Of a stretch of 64,000 bases of DNA, positions 32,324 to 43,896 are shown piece after piece. Origin of the DNA: an uncultured Chloroflexia bacterium (lineage in GTDB: Bacteria; Chloroflexota; Limnocylindria; Limnocylindrales; CSP1-4). Position numbers and translations under genes: made by a program. The notes beneath the pieces are model-generated. The model searched no databases, was not told where the DNA came from, and saw only the letters and a list, made by a program, of their open reading frames with translations. The DNA lies in the NCBI GenBank assembly GCA_963712745.1, contig CAVQJC010000001.1:416001-480000 (forward strand), given 5' to 3'. The first letter of the stretch is position 1. Each line of letters begins with the position of its first letter.

Positions 32324-33236
32324 CGCCGCCCGCGAGGATGCCGCGCACCAGGAAGCGCTGCGACAGCAGGAAGACCACGAGGATCGGGACGGCCACGAGC
32401 AGGCCGGCCAGTGCCACCTCGGGGCGGCCGATGGGTAGCTGCGTCGCACCCAGGCCGGGGTTCAGCGCCGGCGTCGCCGAGAAGAGGACCCCGAGCCCGA
32501 GCGGTAGCGGGTAGTTCGTCGCTCGTGCCGAACAGCACGAACGGCAGGAAGTAGTTGGTCCAGGTGGCCGACGAAGGCGAAGAAGGCGAGGATGCCGAGC
32601 AGCGGCCTGGCCAGCGGCAGGGCGATGCGCCAGAAGGTCTGGTACTCACCGGAACCATCGATCTTGGCCGCCTCGTAGAGCTCGTTGGGGATCGACGTCA
32701 CGAAGTAGATGTAGGCCAGGAATGTCCCGAACGGGAAGAGCGCGCTCGCGAGGATGAAGGCGCCCGGCGAGTTGAACTGGCCCAGTCGCGTGACTTCGAG
32801 GAAGAGCGGCAACACCAGCGCCACCGGCGGCACCAACATGGCGATCAGCGTGACGATGAGGAAGAACTCGCTTGAAGGGGATCTTGCGTCGCGGCCAGCA
32901 CGATACCCGGCGAGGACGCGCTGCGACCGCGATGAAGACGATGACAGACGCTGTAGAGGACCGAGTTGATGACCCATTGCCCGATGACGCTCGAGTCGAA
33001 CGACTGCAGGTTGTCCCACGCCTTGAAGTAGTTGTCGATGGATCCGAACGCGAACGGCGCCAGGTTCTGGATCTGGGCGTTGGTCTTGGACGGGGCCAGG
33101 ATGAGCCAGATCATGGGGATGACGCTGATGACCGCGAACAAGACCCAGGACCACGAAGCGCGCCACGCGTGAACAACACCTCGCGGCCCTTGGCATTCAC
33201 GGGGTGCGCCTTGTGGGGAGGTGCCGGCGTCGACAT
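32313..33236 (-). CDS. carbohydrate ABC transporter permease (MalG-like) (frameshifted)
   Basis: EAA motif ELYEAAKIDG, WTNYFLP and C-terminal GGVKQ. Confidence 0.88.
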
Positions 33237-34126
33237 CAGGTGGCATCCTCGGTCTGATCGAAGAAGTTGGTCCGAGCGATGAGCAACAAGCCCGCGGACA
33301 GGCTGGACGACCAGCAGGATCAGCGACACCGCCGCGGCCTGGCTGAAGTTGCCCTGCACGAACGCGTAGTCGTAGCCCACCTGGTTCAGCGTCCAGCCGG
33401 TCGCGATGCCCTCGTAGACCGAGGCCGAGATCAACTGCGGCTCCACGAAGAGCTGCAGCCCCGCGGCGAAGGTCAGGACGGCCATGAAGACGATGTACTT
33501 CTTGACCAGCGGCAGCTTGATGCGGGTGGCCATCTGCCAGTGGTTGGCACCATCGAGATGCGCCGCCTCCAGGACCTCTTCGGAGATCGCCTGCAGCGAG
33601 CCGTACATGATCAGGATCCAGATAGCCCGCACCCGTGAAGAACGCCATCGCCGCGAACAGGTAGGCCATGTTGCCCTTGTTCCAGATCTGGGCCGCTTCG
33701 GTGATCCCGAACGCGTTGAGGACGTCCCGGAAGGGGCTCAGCGTCGGCTCCATCATGAAGTACCACACCAGGATCGCGACCGAACCGGTGATCGCCGCCG
33801 GCACGATGAACAGCGTCATCAGGTACTTGTTCTGCCTGCCTGGCTCACGTCGAGCAGGATGGCCAGGAGCATGACCACGAACAGCATCACCGGCACGTAG
33901 ATGACCAGGAAGAGCGCCGACGTTCTCGAGCGCGGGCATGAACCGGAAGTCCTGGAAGACGAGCAGGTAGTTGTCCAGCCCGCCGTCCGGGTTCAGGAAT
34001 GGGTGCGCGCCAAGCGACGATTCGAAGGCCAGCACGATGGGCACGACGCCGAACATCGACGAGCAGGAACAGATACGGCGCGAACATCACCCAGCTCGCG
34101 ACGTGCCACTTGCGACGCGGTCCCAT
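33236..34126 (-). CDS. carbohydrate ABC transporter permease (MalF-like) (frameshifted)
   Basis: GLDNY, EAA motif EVLEAAHLDGA, and LQLFVEP. Confidence 0.88.
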
Positions 34127-34157
34127 CAGGCAGCGTCCTCTACAGCGGTGAATCAGA

Positions 34158-34210
34158 GGCACCCGCCGGTGTGGCTCGCGTCGCGAAACGAAAGCCACCC
34201 GGCGGGTGCC
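34158..34210. other. strong stem-loop between the substrate-binding gene and the first permease (mRNA stabiliser or attenuator)
   Basis: GGCACCCGCCGG...CCGGCGGGTGCC forms a perfect 12-bp outer stem, with an inner GTGGCT/AGCCAC stem. Confidence 0.65.
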
Positions 34211-34222
34211 AGCATGCACGAG

Positions 34223-35504
34223 TCAGTCGGAGACGTTGTAGCCGAACTGCGGTGCGAGATTCTTCGAGGGACTGGGTGAACTGGTCGATGGCCGCCTGGA
34301 CGGCTGGCCCTCGGTCAGCGGCAGCGCGAGGTCCGAACCGATCTGGTTGTAGACATCGATGCGCACCGGACCGACGACCGGATTGATCAGCTGCGACTGG
34401 ATCGTCATCGCCTCGGTCGGAGTCACCCACGTAGTAGGCGTCCGTCGCGACGCGCGTCCGTCCAGATCTCGTTGGCCGGTCCATAGGCCGGGAACGTGGG
34501 ACCGCTCTCGGACGTGGTCGGGGTCGCTGACCATCCACTTGGCGGTGTCGATGGCTGCCTGCGGGTACTGCGGCGTGCTTGGAGACGATGAAGAGGCCAC
34601 CGCCCCACTCACCGGAGTAGGCGACATCGTCGCCCTCCCAGATGGGCATCGGGGCAGCCGCGATGCGTCCCTCCGGGACCGCCCACGATTCGGCGGGCGC
34701 GGATGACGAAGTCACCGAACCAGGACGGACCGAAGGTCATCGCGACCTTGCCCTGCTGCGCGACGTCGGCGATGAAGCCGGCGTCGAAGCTGCGAGCGCG
34801 TATCGAGCACGCCGGCATCGACCAGCGGCTGGATGAGCTCGGCGATGCGCGTGCACTTGGGGTCCTGGCCGTTGATGCGGACCTCGTTGTCGCTGACCGG
34901 CAGCGCCGTCGGGCAACCACTCGGCCAGAGGTAGTCGGCGTAGAAGCCCTCGTCGCCGATGGCGCCCGCCGACGTAGCCGGTGCCTTCGAGCTGCATCGC
35001 CGTGGCCGCCCACTCCTCCATGGTGGTCGGCACGGTCAGACCGAGCTCCTCGAAGACCACGCTGTCGTACCAGAGCACGGTCTGGGCGAGGTCGTTCTTG
35101 ACGCACCAGGTCTTGCCGTCGATCTCGCACCAGATGTTGCCTTCGCCGAAGTCCTCGAGGAAGCCCTCGCCGGCGAGTTCCGGGGTCCACTCGAGCGCGT
35201 AGTCGATCTGCGGGCTGACCAGCAACGCGAGGTCGCTGGGGTCGGCAAAGATGACGTCGGGCCAGCCGGAGCCGACCTGGTTGGCGAGCTGGATCTTGCC
35301 CAGGACCTGGTTGATGTCCTGGATCTCGACCTTGACGTCGACGGTGTCGGCAACGAGGTCTCGATACGTCTCGAAGCCCGGCTGGCGGACGGAGTCGGTC
35401 CAGACAAGCACCTGCGGCTTGTCCTGGGCCAATACGGCGCCAGGCACGACGACCGACAGGGCGAAGGCCGCGGTGGCCGCAGTTCCGATGACTCTTGATC
35501 TCAT
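34223..35504 (-). CDS. CUT1-type sugar ABC substrate-binding protein (frameshifted)
   Basis: Signal peptide ending AVLAQ; motifs WPDVIF, LWYD...FEELGLTVPTTMEEW, GPSWFG and GEWGGG. Confidence 0.85.
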
Positions 35505-35570
35505 ACGTGGAGCTCCCTATGCGCACGATGTGGCTTGGTCCGCGGACTGTAGACTTCTGCCGGCAGCCGT

Positions 35571-35584
35571 GTCAACCGGTTGAC
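35571..35584. promoter_or_regulatory. LacI-type operator candidate, perfect palindrome GTCAACCGGTTGAC
   Basis: 14-bp palindrome with a central CG in the divergent ABC/lacI intergenic region. A second copy lies at 28094. Confidence 0.7.
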
Positions 35585-35639
35585 CTTCCAGACCGACACG
35601 CTACCGTGTCCAAATCGAAACCTCAGTCGAAGGCTCTTC

Positions 35640-36662
35640 ATGGATGACCGACCCAAGGCCACCATCAGCGACGTCGCTCGACGCGCCGGCGTCGATCGTG
35701 CGGTGGTTTCGAAGGTGCTCAGCGATGATCCGGGCCTGCGCGTGCGCGAGGCGACACGTGAGCGAGTCCGGCTCGCCGCGACTGAGCTCGACTATCGGCC
35801 CAACTACCACGCCCAGCGGCTGGCACGGTCGAGCGCAGGCGCGATCGGCCTGCTCATCCCGGCGGGCAACCCCTTGCTCGTGCCGGTCATGTCGGGCGCT
35901 GCGGACGTGGCCACCGAACGCGGACTGCTGCTGTGGACCGCCACGCACGAGGGCACGCTGACCGACCGCTATCTGCGCCTGCTGCGGAGTGGCGCGGTGG
36001 ACGCGGCGCTGGTGGCCGGCCTGAGTGCCGATGTCGACACCGCGAGCCTCTTCGCCGATCCCCAGGTGCCGGCCATCCTCGTCAATCGTCGAAGCCGGGG
36101 CTCCGACCGCTGGGTCATCCTCGACGATGAGCGCGCCGCGCGCATGGCCACCAGGCACCTCATCGAACATGGCCACCAGGCGATCGGCTTTGCCGGGGGG
36201 CCAACGGGCGTCGATACTGCCGAGCGGCGACGTCGCGGGTACCTGACAGCCATGCGCAGCGCCGGCCTTGAGGTCGATCCGTCGTGGATGGCCAGCGCCG
36301 ACTACACACCCGAAGGCGGTGCAGCAGCTGCGGGGACCTTCCTTGCATCGGAACAGCCACCCACCGCCATCGTCGCTGCGGATGCCAACGAAGGCCTGGG
36401 CGTCTGGCACACCCTGGTGGCGCGAGGACTGTCCGTGCCGGGTGACATCTCGCTCATCGCCATCCACCGTCTGCCCGCGGAAGGCTATCGTGTGCCCTCG
36501 ATGAGCTGCATCGAGATGCCGCTACGAAGGCTCGGTCGCAGGGCCATGGAGCTGGTACTCGACACACCCTGGAACGCGCGCATCCACGAGGTCATCGGCG
36601 ATGAGCTGATCATCATCGAAGGCGACACCGTGGCGAGCAGATACCAGGGCCGGTCCTCGTAG
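35640..36662 (+). CDS. LacI family transcriptional regulator
   Basis: HTH TISDVARRAGVDRAVVSKVL, hinge YRPNYHAQRL, and GLSVPGDISLI. Confidence 0.95.
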   Translation: MDDRPKATISDVARRAGVDRAVVSKVLSDDPGLRVREATRERVRLAATELDYRPNYHAQRLARSSAGAIGLLIPAGNPLLVPVMSGAADVATERGLLLWTATHEGTLTDRYLRLLRSGAVDAALVAGLSADVDTASLFADPQVPAILVNRRSRGSDRWVILDDERAARMATRHLIEHGHQAIGFAGGPTGVDTAERRRRGYLTAMRSAGLEVDPSWMASADYTPEGGAAAAGTFLASEQPPTAIVAADANEGLGVWHTLVARGLSVPGDISLIAIHRLPAEGYRVPSMSCIEMPLRRLGRRAMELVLDTPWNARIHEVIGDELIIIEGDTVASRYQGRSS

Positions 36663-36686
36663 ACGAGAAAGCAGGAGGACGAGCGC

Positions 36687-37697
36687 GTGGGCTTCGATTC
36701 CTTCGAGCGAGTCAAGCTGGGCAGGACTGACGTGGAGGTGACTCGACTGGGTTTCGGCAGTGCTGAGATCGGCGGGCTCTACGAGTCGGTCACCGAGCAA
36801 CAGGCCGGGACGCTGATCGCGCACATGTGGGACCGGGGCGTTCGCTACTTCGACTCTGCTCCACTGTATGGCTATGGCACCGCTGAAACTCGCGTGGGCA
36901 ACGGCCTGCGCACGCATGCGCGCGACGAGTACACGCTCTCGACCAAGGTTGGCCGTCTGCTGGTGCCGGTCGATCCGGTGGCCGACAGGGACGCCGAGGG
37001 TCGGCTCAAACCGGGTGAAGCGGACTTCTTCTATGGCGATATCCCGGCGGTGCAGATCCGCTACGACTACTCACGCGATGGGGTCTTGCGGTCGGTCGAG
37101 GAAAGCCTGGAACGACTCGGGCTCGACCGCATCGACATCCTCTATATCCACGATAGCGACGAAGATCTCTTCCTGGCCTACCCGGCGGTCCACGAGCTGC
37201 GTGAACAGGGCGTCATCGGTGCCGTCGGTGCGGGCATGAACCAGATCGAGATGACCCTGCAGTTCGCCAAGGAGGCCGACTTCGATGTCTTCATGCTCGC
37301 GGGCCGCTATACGCTCCTTGAGCAGCCCGCGCTCGCCGAGCTGTTGCCACTGTGTGTCGAGAAGGACATCTCGATCGTCATCGCCGGGGTCATGAACAGC
37401 GGCATCCTCGCGAACCCGCAGCTGGGTGCGCGCTACGACTACATCCAGGCACCAGCCGTGCTGATCGAGCGGGCGCAAAGCATCGCGGCGGTTTGCGAGC
37501 GCCATGGCGTGTCGCTCAAGACGGCGGCGATCCAGTTCCCCCTGGCACATCCGGCGGTGGCATCGATCGCGGCGGGCGTTCGCACCATCGAGCATTTCGA
37601 CGACTACCCCGCAGCCATGACCACCGACGTACCTTCTCAGCTCTGGGACGAGCTACGCCATGAAGGTCTGATCCCAGCTGACGCCCCGACCCCGTAG
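36687..37697 (+). CDS. aldo/keto reductase, D-threo-aldose (L-fucose/L-galactose) 1-dehydrogenase-like
   Basis: Motifs YFDSAPLYGYG, LSTKVGR, DYSRDGVLRS, GAGMN and LAGRYTLLEQ. Confidence 0.9.
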   Translation: MGFDSFERVKLGRTDVEVTRLGFGSAEIGGLYESVTEQQAGTLIAHMWDRGVRYFDSAPLYGYGTAETRVGNGLRTHARDEYTLSTKVGRLLVPVDPVADRDAEGRLKPGEADFFYGDIPAVQIRYDYSRDGVLRSVEESLERLGLDRIDILYIHDSDEDLFLAYPAVHELREQGVIGAVGAGMNQIEMTLQFAKEADFDVFMLAGRYTLLEQPALAELLPLCVEKDISIVIAGVMNSGILANPQLGARYDYIQAPAVLIERAQSIAAVCERHGVSLKTAAIQFPLAHPAVASIAAGVRTIEHFDDYPAAMTTDVPSQLWDELRHEGLIPADAPTP

Positions 37698-37699
37698 GC

Positions 37700-38952
37700 T
37701 CAGCCGGCAGAGGCCAGACGTCCTTCGAGGTCCTTGGCGACGGCACCGGCGTGGATCACCACGGCCACGTTCTGTGGATCCGCGAGCAGCGACACCTCGT
37801 CCAGCGGCTGGCCCTTCACGAGGACAAGGTCGGCCTGCTTGCCCTCCTCGATGGTGCCGATCTCGTGCTGCAGGCCGAACAACTCCGCGTTCGTTCGCGT
37901 CGCGCTGATGATGGCGCGATGGGCACCCATAACGCGTGCCTTGTACATGATCTCCTCGCCGCGTCGCCCCTGCCCTGGCCCGACCACGTCGGATCCCGAG
38001 GCGATGGCTACGCCAGCAGCATCGGCCTTGCGCACTGATCTCATAGGCGGCTGCAGCGATCTCGCGCATCCGCGTCGCCTTCTCGGGCGTCAGGCCCCAG
38101 CGCTCGGGATCGGCCTGGATGACCTCCATGGCCTGCAGCGTCGGCACCATGAAGGTACCCAGCTCTGCCATGCGGGCGGCCGTGGTCGGCTCCATGACCG
38201 TGCCGTGTTCGATGGAACGAACGCCGGCCTCGATGGCCACATCCATGGCCGCGCTCGTGTGACAGTGCGCCAGCACGTAGGTGCCCCAGCCGCGCGCAAC
38301 CTCTACGGCCACGGCGATCTCCGCCATCGAGAGCTGCACGCTATCGAACGGATCGGTCGGGCGAGACGATGCCACCGGATGCGAGCAGCTTGATCTGCGT
38401 CGCCCCACGGCGAAGCTGCTCGCGAGCTGCCTTGCGGACCTCGTCGACCCCATCGGCGATGACGTGACCGGCGACCAGCCCAGGGATGGTCTCACTGGCG
38501 TGCAGGGCCTGGTGCTGCAATCGACCGTCGCCGTGCCCGCCGGTCTGCGAGATGACCGAGCCCGAGGGCAGGATCCGGGGACCCTGGAGATGCCCTGCGG
38601 CGACGGCGGCTGCCCAGGCTGGCTCTAGCCCGCCCGCGTCGCGCACCGTGGTAAAGCCTTCATCGAGCGCCCCCTCGACCATCTGGGCCACGGCCAGGAC
38701 ATGCACGATCCAGGAGTCGTTGGTATGCGCAGCGCCAGCGCCCAGGAGCGCGAGATGCACGTGTGCGTCGGTCAGGCCGGGCAGCAGCGTGCAGCCGGCA
38801 CCATCGATGACCGGCGTGCCGGCCGCGATGACCGACCGCTCGGCTCCGATCTTGCTGATGCGGCCATCCTCCACGAGCACGTCGTGGCGGCCCTCGGGTT
38901 CGCGGCCCGTCGCATCGAGCACGGCCACGTCGCGGATGACGAGCCGGCTCAC
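37700..38952 (-). CDS. metal-dependent amidohydrolase, prolidase-like subgroup (frameshifted)
   Basis: Motifs LPGLTDAHVH, GFTTVRDAGG, QTGGHGD, SIEHG, SGSD and GKQADLVLV. Confidence 0.9.
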
Positions 38953-40764
38953 GACCCCGGCTCGATCATCGGGTGAGCATCGGGTTCGATCATGGGCCGA
39001 CCTCCGGGCGTGTCCCAACCGACGGGCTTGGGCTCGGCCGGGTGGTCGCCGGCACGCAGACGCGCGCGTCTCAGCCTCGTCAACGGTGCCAGCTGGCCAG
39101 GTCGATGGCGACCCCGTACTCGCGGGCTGCGGCCTCGACGCGTCACGTAGCCGTCGAGCACGTCTTCGAGGACCGCCGCGGTGTCGCGCTCGAAGGGGTC
39201 ACCCCAGCCGCCACCACCACCGCTGTTGTTGACGAGCACCTCGCCCTCGAACATCGGCCGATAGTGGCCACCGGCGACGCGCTCCTTGTCCGTACCCGGG
39301 TTGAGGATGACGTGGTTGTTCTCGCCGCTGACACCCTTGCCGATAGCCCACGGCCGCGTGCTCGTCTTGTAGACGATCGAGGCGGAGAAGGAATCGGCGA
39401 GGAAGTGATAGCGTGCGACCGACACCCAGGCCGCCGCGCTGCTTGCCCGGTCCGCCGGTATCGGGGCGCAGGCCGTAGTGGCTGATGAACATCGGGGACT
39501 TCTGTCTCGAGGACCTCGACAGGGTTGTTGCGAGCACCCGATTCGGTGATCGCCATGATGCCGTTCTCGCCATCGCCACCGGCGTGGGCGCCGAAGCCGA
39601 TGCCCTCGTTGGTGGCTTCCACCCAGAAGCGGTTGTTACGTGGGTTCATGCCCAGGCCCATCATCGAGCAGACATCAGAGCCCGAGCTGGCGGGGATGAT
39701 GTCGGGCATACCCTGCGCGAGCGCCTTGGTGATGACCTCGCCCATCAGCAGGCCGGGCCACAAGGTGAACGTGGGCGCCGGCGGCTGGGCGTTGAACAGC
39801 TCGCCCTCGGGGGCGATCACACGCAACGGACGGAAGTCGCCTTCGTTGGCCGGCGTATTCGGCGTGGTCAGGCCCTTGAAGATGAGGCCGCTCGTCGATT
39901 CGGTCAGGCCCAGCGGCACGTTGATCGGCCCCTTGGCCGCTTTCGATCGAGCCGCTCCAGTCGACGACCATCTCGTCGGCCGAGACAGTCACCGTCGCCT
40001 TCATCTTGACGAGGCCCTCCTCCACGCCGTCGCCGTCGACGTAGTCCTCGGCGGTCCAGGTGCCCGGCGTCAGCTTGGCCAGTCCGATGCGAGCCATGCG
40101 CTCGCCGTGGTCCAGGAACTGCGCGACAGGCCTCCTCGTACGTCTCCCGCCCATAGCGTTCGATGATCTCGGCGGTGCGCACCTCGCCGATGCGACAGGC
40201 CGAGATCTGCGCGAAGAGATCGCCGATGACGTGGTTGGGCAGCCGACTGTTGAACTTCAGGATGTTGATGATGTCGGTCTGCAGCTCGCCCTCGCGGAAG
40301 ATGCGCGTGCCCGGGAAGACGATGCCCTCCTGGTACATGTCCGTCGTGTCCATCGAGTAACCGGCGTGCTTCTGCTTGAGGTCCAGCCAGTGGATGCGGA
40401 CACCGGTGAAACCCACCAGATCGCCCTGCGCGAAGATCGGCGAGGTGACGAAGACATCGAGGGTGTGCGCTGACGACCAGTAGGGGTAGTTGAAGATGTA
40501 CGCGTCGCCCTTCTTGAAATTGTCGACACCGATGAAGTCGATGAGGCGGTGCAGGGCGCGGTCATTCGCGCGCGTGAAGATGGTGATGCCCGGCGCCTCC
40601 GCCAGCTCGCGGCCTTCGATGTCATAGACGCCCACGCCGAAGTCCTTGATCTCATAGACCACGGTGTTGTAGGAGGTGCGCATCAGGTTGGTGGCCATCT
40701 CGTTGGACACCGACAGCAGCCGGTTGCGGATGACCTCGGTGGTGATCGGATCGACCGTCGTCAT
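38949..40764 (-). CDS. hydantoinase B / oxoprolinase family protein (frameshifted)
   Basis: Motifs VDPITTEVIRNRL, NYPY...HTLD, HWLD, QEG and SGGGGGWGDPFER. Confidence 0.92.
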
Positions 40765-40768
40765 GGCG

Positions 40769-42856
40769 TCAGCCCTCGTCCTTCGTGCGTGGAGGCGGCC
40801 TCTGGCGCGACCTCGATGATGAGTTCGCCGTGGTCACCCGACGGCACAGCGTGTCGCCGGCGTGGACCACGGTCGTGGCCGTGAGCTCCTCGATGATGAC
40901 GGGGCCCTCCAGCCGCTGGCCGCGACCGAGCGCCTCGCGCCGCAGCACCGCGTATTCCTGGACGGCCGAGGCATGGCGGTGGACCGCCCGCGCCCCGACC
41001 GCGGCCGCGTCCGGATCACCGGGACCGGCCAGCGGTAGCTGCGGCCGCGGCACACGTCCGATGGCTCGGAGCCGCGCGGTGACGATCTCGACGGCGTCCT
41101 CGCTGCGGTGTCCGTAGCGTTCCTCGTGCATGGCCGCGAACTTCTCGGGCAGGGCCGCGAGCTGCTCGTCGGTGACCTCGATCGCGTCCAGCGGCACCTC
41201 GACGGTATGCTCCTGTCCCTGGAAGCGCATGTCGGCCGACGGCCGCAGCTCCTGCTGGTCCTCGGCGAAGCCGTCGCTGGCGAGGGCGGAGCGAGCGCGC
41301 TCGGCGAGCGGCACCATCAGGCTGGTCAGGTCGCTGGTGCTCATCTCGCTGACGGTGGCCACTGATGTCTGCGCGAAGTCATGGACCACGTCGGTCATGA
41401 GCATGCCGTAGGCGCTGAATGCCCCTGGTCCCGGCGGAACGATGACCCGCGGGATGCGCAGCTCCCGGGCCACGTCGAGGGCGACGAAGCCGCCCCCGCC
41501 GCCGTAGGAGAGCAGGGCGAAGTTGGCCGGGTCGTGGCCCTGCTCGACGGTGATCTCGCGGACCGCGCCGGTGATGCGCGCGGTCACGAACTCGAGGATG
41601 CCGCGCGCGACGGTCATGACGTCCAGCCCCAGCGAGCCGGCGACGTCGGCGATGGCTTTCTCAGCCAGGCTGCGATCAAGCTGGAGCTCGCCGCCGAGCG
41701 CCGTTGCTTCACCCAGGTAGCCGATGAGCAAGGCCGCGTCGGTCACGGTGGCCTGCGTGCCGCCCTTGCCGTAGCTGGCCGGTCCGGGCGACGCCCCGGC
41801 GCTCTTGGGGCCGACCTGCATGTGGCCGGCCTCGTCGATCCAGGCGATGGAGCCGCCGCCAGCGCCGATGGTCTTGATGTTCAGGGCCGGCACCGCGATG
41901 GCCTGGCCCTCGAAGTCGCGCCTCCGTCACCGTGGTGGGATGGCCGCCGACGATGAGCGAGGCATCCAGGCTGGTGCCGCCCATGTCGATGGTGATGAGA
42001 TCGGGCTCATCGACCAACGGGCCGACAGCCGCTGCACCGATGACGCCGGCTGCCGGGCCACTGAGCACCATGTGTGCTGGCTGGTCCATGGCCGTCTCCA
42101 CGGTCATGGCGCCACCGCCTGAGCGCGTGATCAGGAAGCGACCCGTGAAGCCGGCCTCATCGAGGCGAGCCGCGCAGTCGCTCCAGGTAGCGGCGCACGA
42201 TGGGCTTGGTATAGGCGTCGATGACGGTCGTACTGGTGCGCTCGTACTCGCGGTACTCCCGCACCAGCCGATGCGACAGGCTGATCTCCAGGTCCGGGGC
42301 GACCTCACGCAGGACCGCCGCCATGGCCAGCTCGTGGTCGGGGTTGGCGTACGAGTGCAGGAACGCCACCGCCACGGACTTCGCGCCACTCTCAAGCACG
42401 AGCTGGGCCACCCGCCGTCGCATCGGCCTCATCGAACGGCGTGTGCACGTCGCCGGTGTAGAGCATCCGCTCATCGACCTCGAAGGCGCGCCGACGCGGC
42501 AACAGGTTCGGCGGTTTGCGGTACTTGAAGTCGTACATGACCTTGCGGTCCGTGCGAGCGAGCTCGTAGACGTCGCGAAAGCCCTTGGTGGTCACGAGGG
42601 CGACCACGGCCCCCGTGCGCGTGAGCAGCGCGTTGAGCGCCAGCGTCGTGCCGTGCACGAAGTAGGAGATGTCGGACAGGGCCACCTCGGCCTTGCCCAT
42701 GGCGGCGATCACACCGCGGGCGGGATCGTCCGGCGTCGTGGAGGTCTTCTCGAACCGCGCGGCACGCCCCTCCTCGTCGAGGATGGCCACGTCGGTGAAC
42801 GTGCCGCCGACGTCGATGGCCAGGCGTACTCGCCGGATCCCGGGTTCTGCAGTCAT
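40769..42856 (-). CDS. hydantoinase A / oxoprolinase family protein (frameshifted)
   Basis: Motifs IDVGGTFTD, HGTT..LNA, REYERTSTT, SGPAAG, DMGGTS and GAGGGSIA. Confidence 0.92.
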
Positions 42857-42857
42857 G

Positions 42858-43874
42858 TCAGCGCCTCCTGCCCCGCGCGGCGCTCAGGCCGACCGCGGCG
42901 ATGATGATGAGACCCGTTACGAGGTCCTTGAGGAATGGATCGATGTTGAGGATGTTGAAGCCGTTGCCGATGAGCGCCAGCAGATAGACACCGGCGATCG
43001 AGCGCCAGATGGCGCCTTTGCCGCCGTAGATGCTGGTGCCGCCGAGGATAATGGCTGCGATGGCCTGCAGTGCGATGCCCTCGCCGGTCTGTGGCTGGCC
43101 ACTGGCGATGCGAGACACCGTGATGGCCCCAGCGATGCCCGCCGCCAGGCCGCTCAGCGCGAACGTCGCGATACGCACGCGATTGACACGCACGCCACTC
43201 AGCACAGCCGCTTCTTCGTTGCCACCGAGCGCGTAGATGTAGCGGCCCAGGGGCGTCGCGTCGAGGATGACCCACATCGCCGCAGCAAAGGCCAGGAAGA
43301 CGAGCACGGCGTAGTTGAGACCCTCGATCTTGGCCCGGCCAAGTTGCGCGAACTCCGGATATGCGGTCACCGAGATGAGGAACCCGCCGGTGATGAACAG
43401 CGCGAACCCGCCATAGACGAGGCTGGTCGCGAGGGTGGCCAGGAACGAGTGGATGCGCAGCCCGACGATGACGAGGCCGTTGGTGACACCCAGCACGACA
43501 CCGACCACGGGCGCCAGCAGCAGACCCAGCGTGGGGTCGACATTGACCGCGACCCAGGCGGCGAAGACGGCGGCCACGCCCACGATGGCGCCCGTGGACA
43601 GGTCGAAGCCGCCGCCGATGATGACCAGCGTGCCAGCGCACGCGACGATGGCCAGGGGCGCGTTCTGGTTCAGGATGTTGAAGATGTTCTGCGTGGACAG
43701 GAACGCCGGACTCGCGAAGCTCAGCCAGACGAAGACGATGCCCAGCAGGACGAGCACGGCGTACTCCGCGAGGAACTCGAAGACGCGCGTGCTGGTCTTC
43801 GGCCGGTGCGCCTCGCTGGGTGTGCCCGGCGGGGATGCCTCGGGAGCGACTTCGGGGGCGAGTACCTGGCTCAC
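42858..43874 (-). CDS. CUT2-type (RbsC-like) ABC permease
   Basis: Motifs GGFDLSTG, SFLATL, GGNEEAAVLSG and ILGGTSIYGGKG. Confidence 0.93.
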   Translation of the reverse strand: MSQVLAPEVAPEASPPGTPSEAHRPKTSTRVFEFLAEYAVLVLLGIVFVWLSFASPAFLSTQNIFNILNQNAPLAIVACAGTLVIIGGGFDLSTGAIVGVAAVFAAWVAVNVDPTLGLLLAPVVGVVLGVTNGLVIVGLRIHSFLATLATSLVYGGFALFITGGFLISVTAYPEFAQLGRAKIEGLNYAVLVFLAFAAAMWVILDATPLGRYIYALGGNEEAAVLSGVRVNRVRIATFALSGLAAGIAGAITVSRIASGQPQTGEGIALQAIAAIILGGTSIYGGKGAIWRSIAGVYLLALIGNGFNILNIDPFLKDLVTGLIIIAAVGLSAARGRRR

Positions 43875-43896
43875 TGCGGCGCCCCGCTCACGCGGC

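Noticed and set aside
13643-42856. Mass pseudogenisation or programmed frameshifting
   Set aside because: Indels also hit essential serS and lysS, are scattered, and leave motifs intact. Sequencing error is the simpler explanation.
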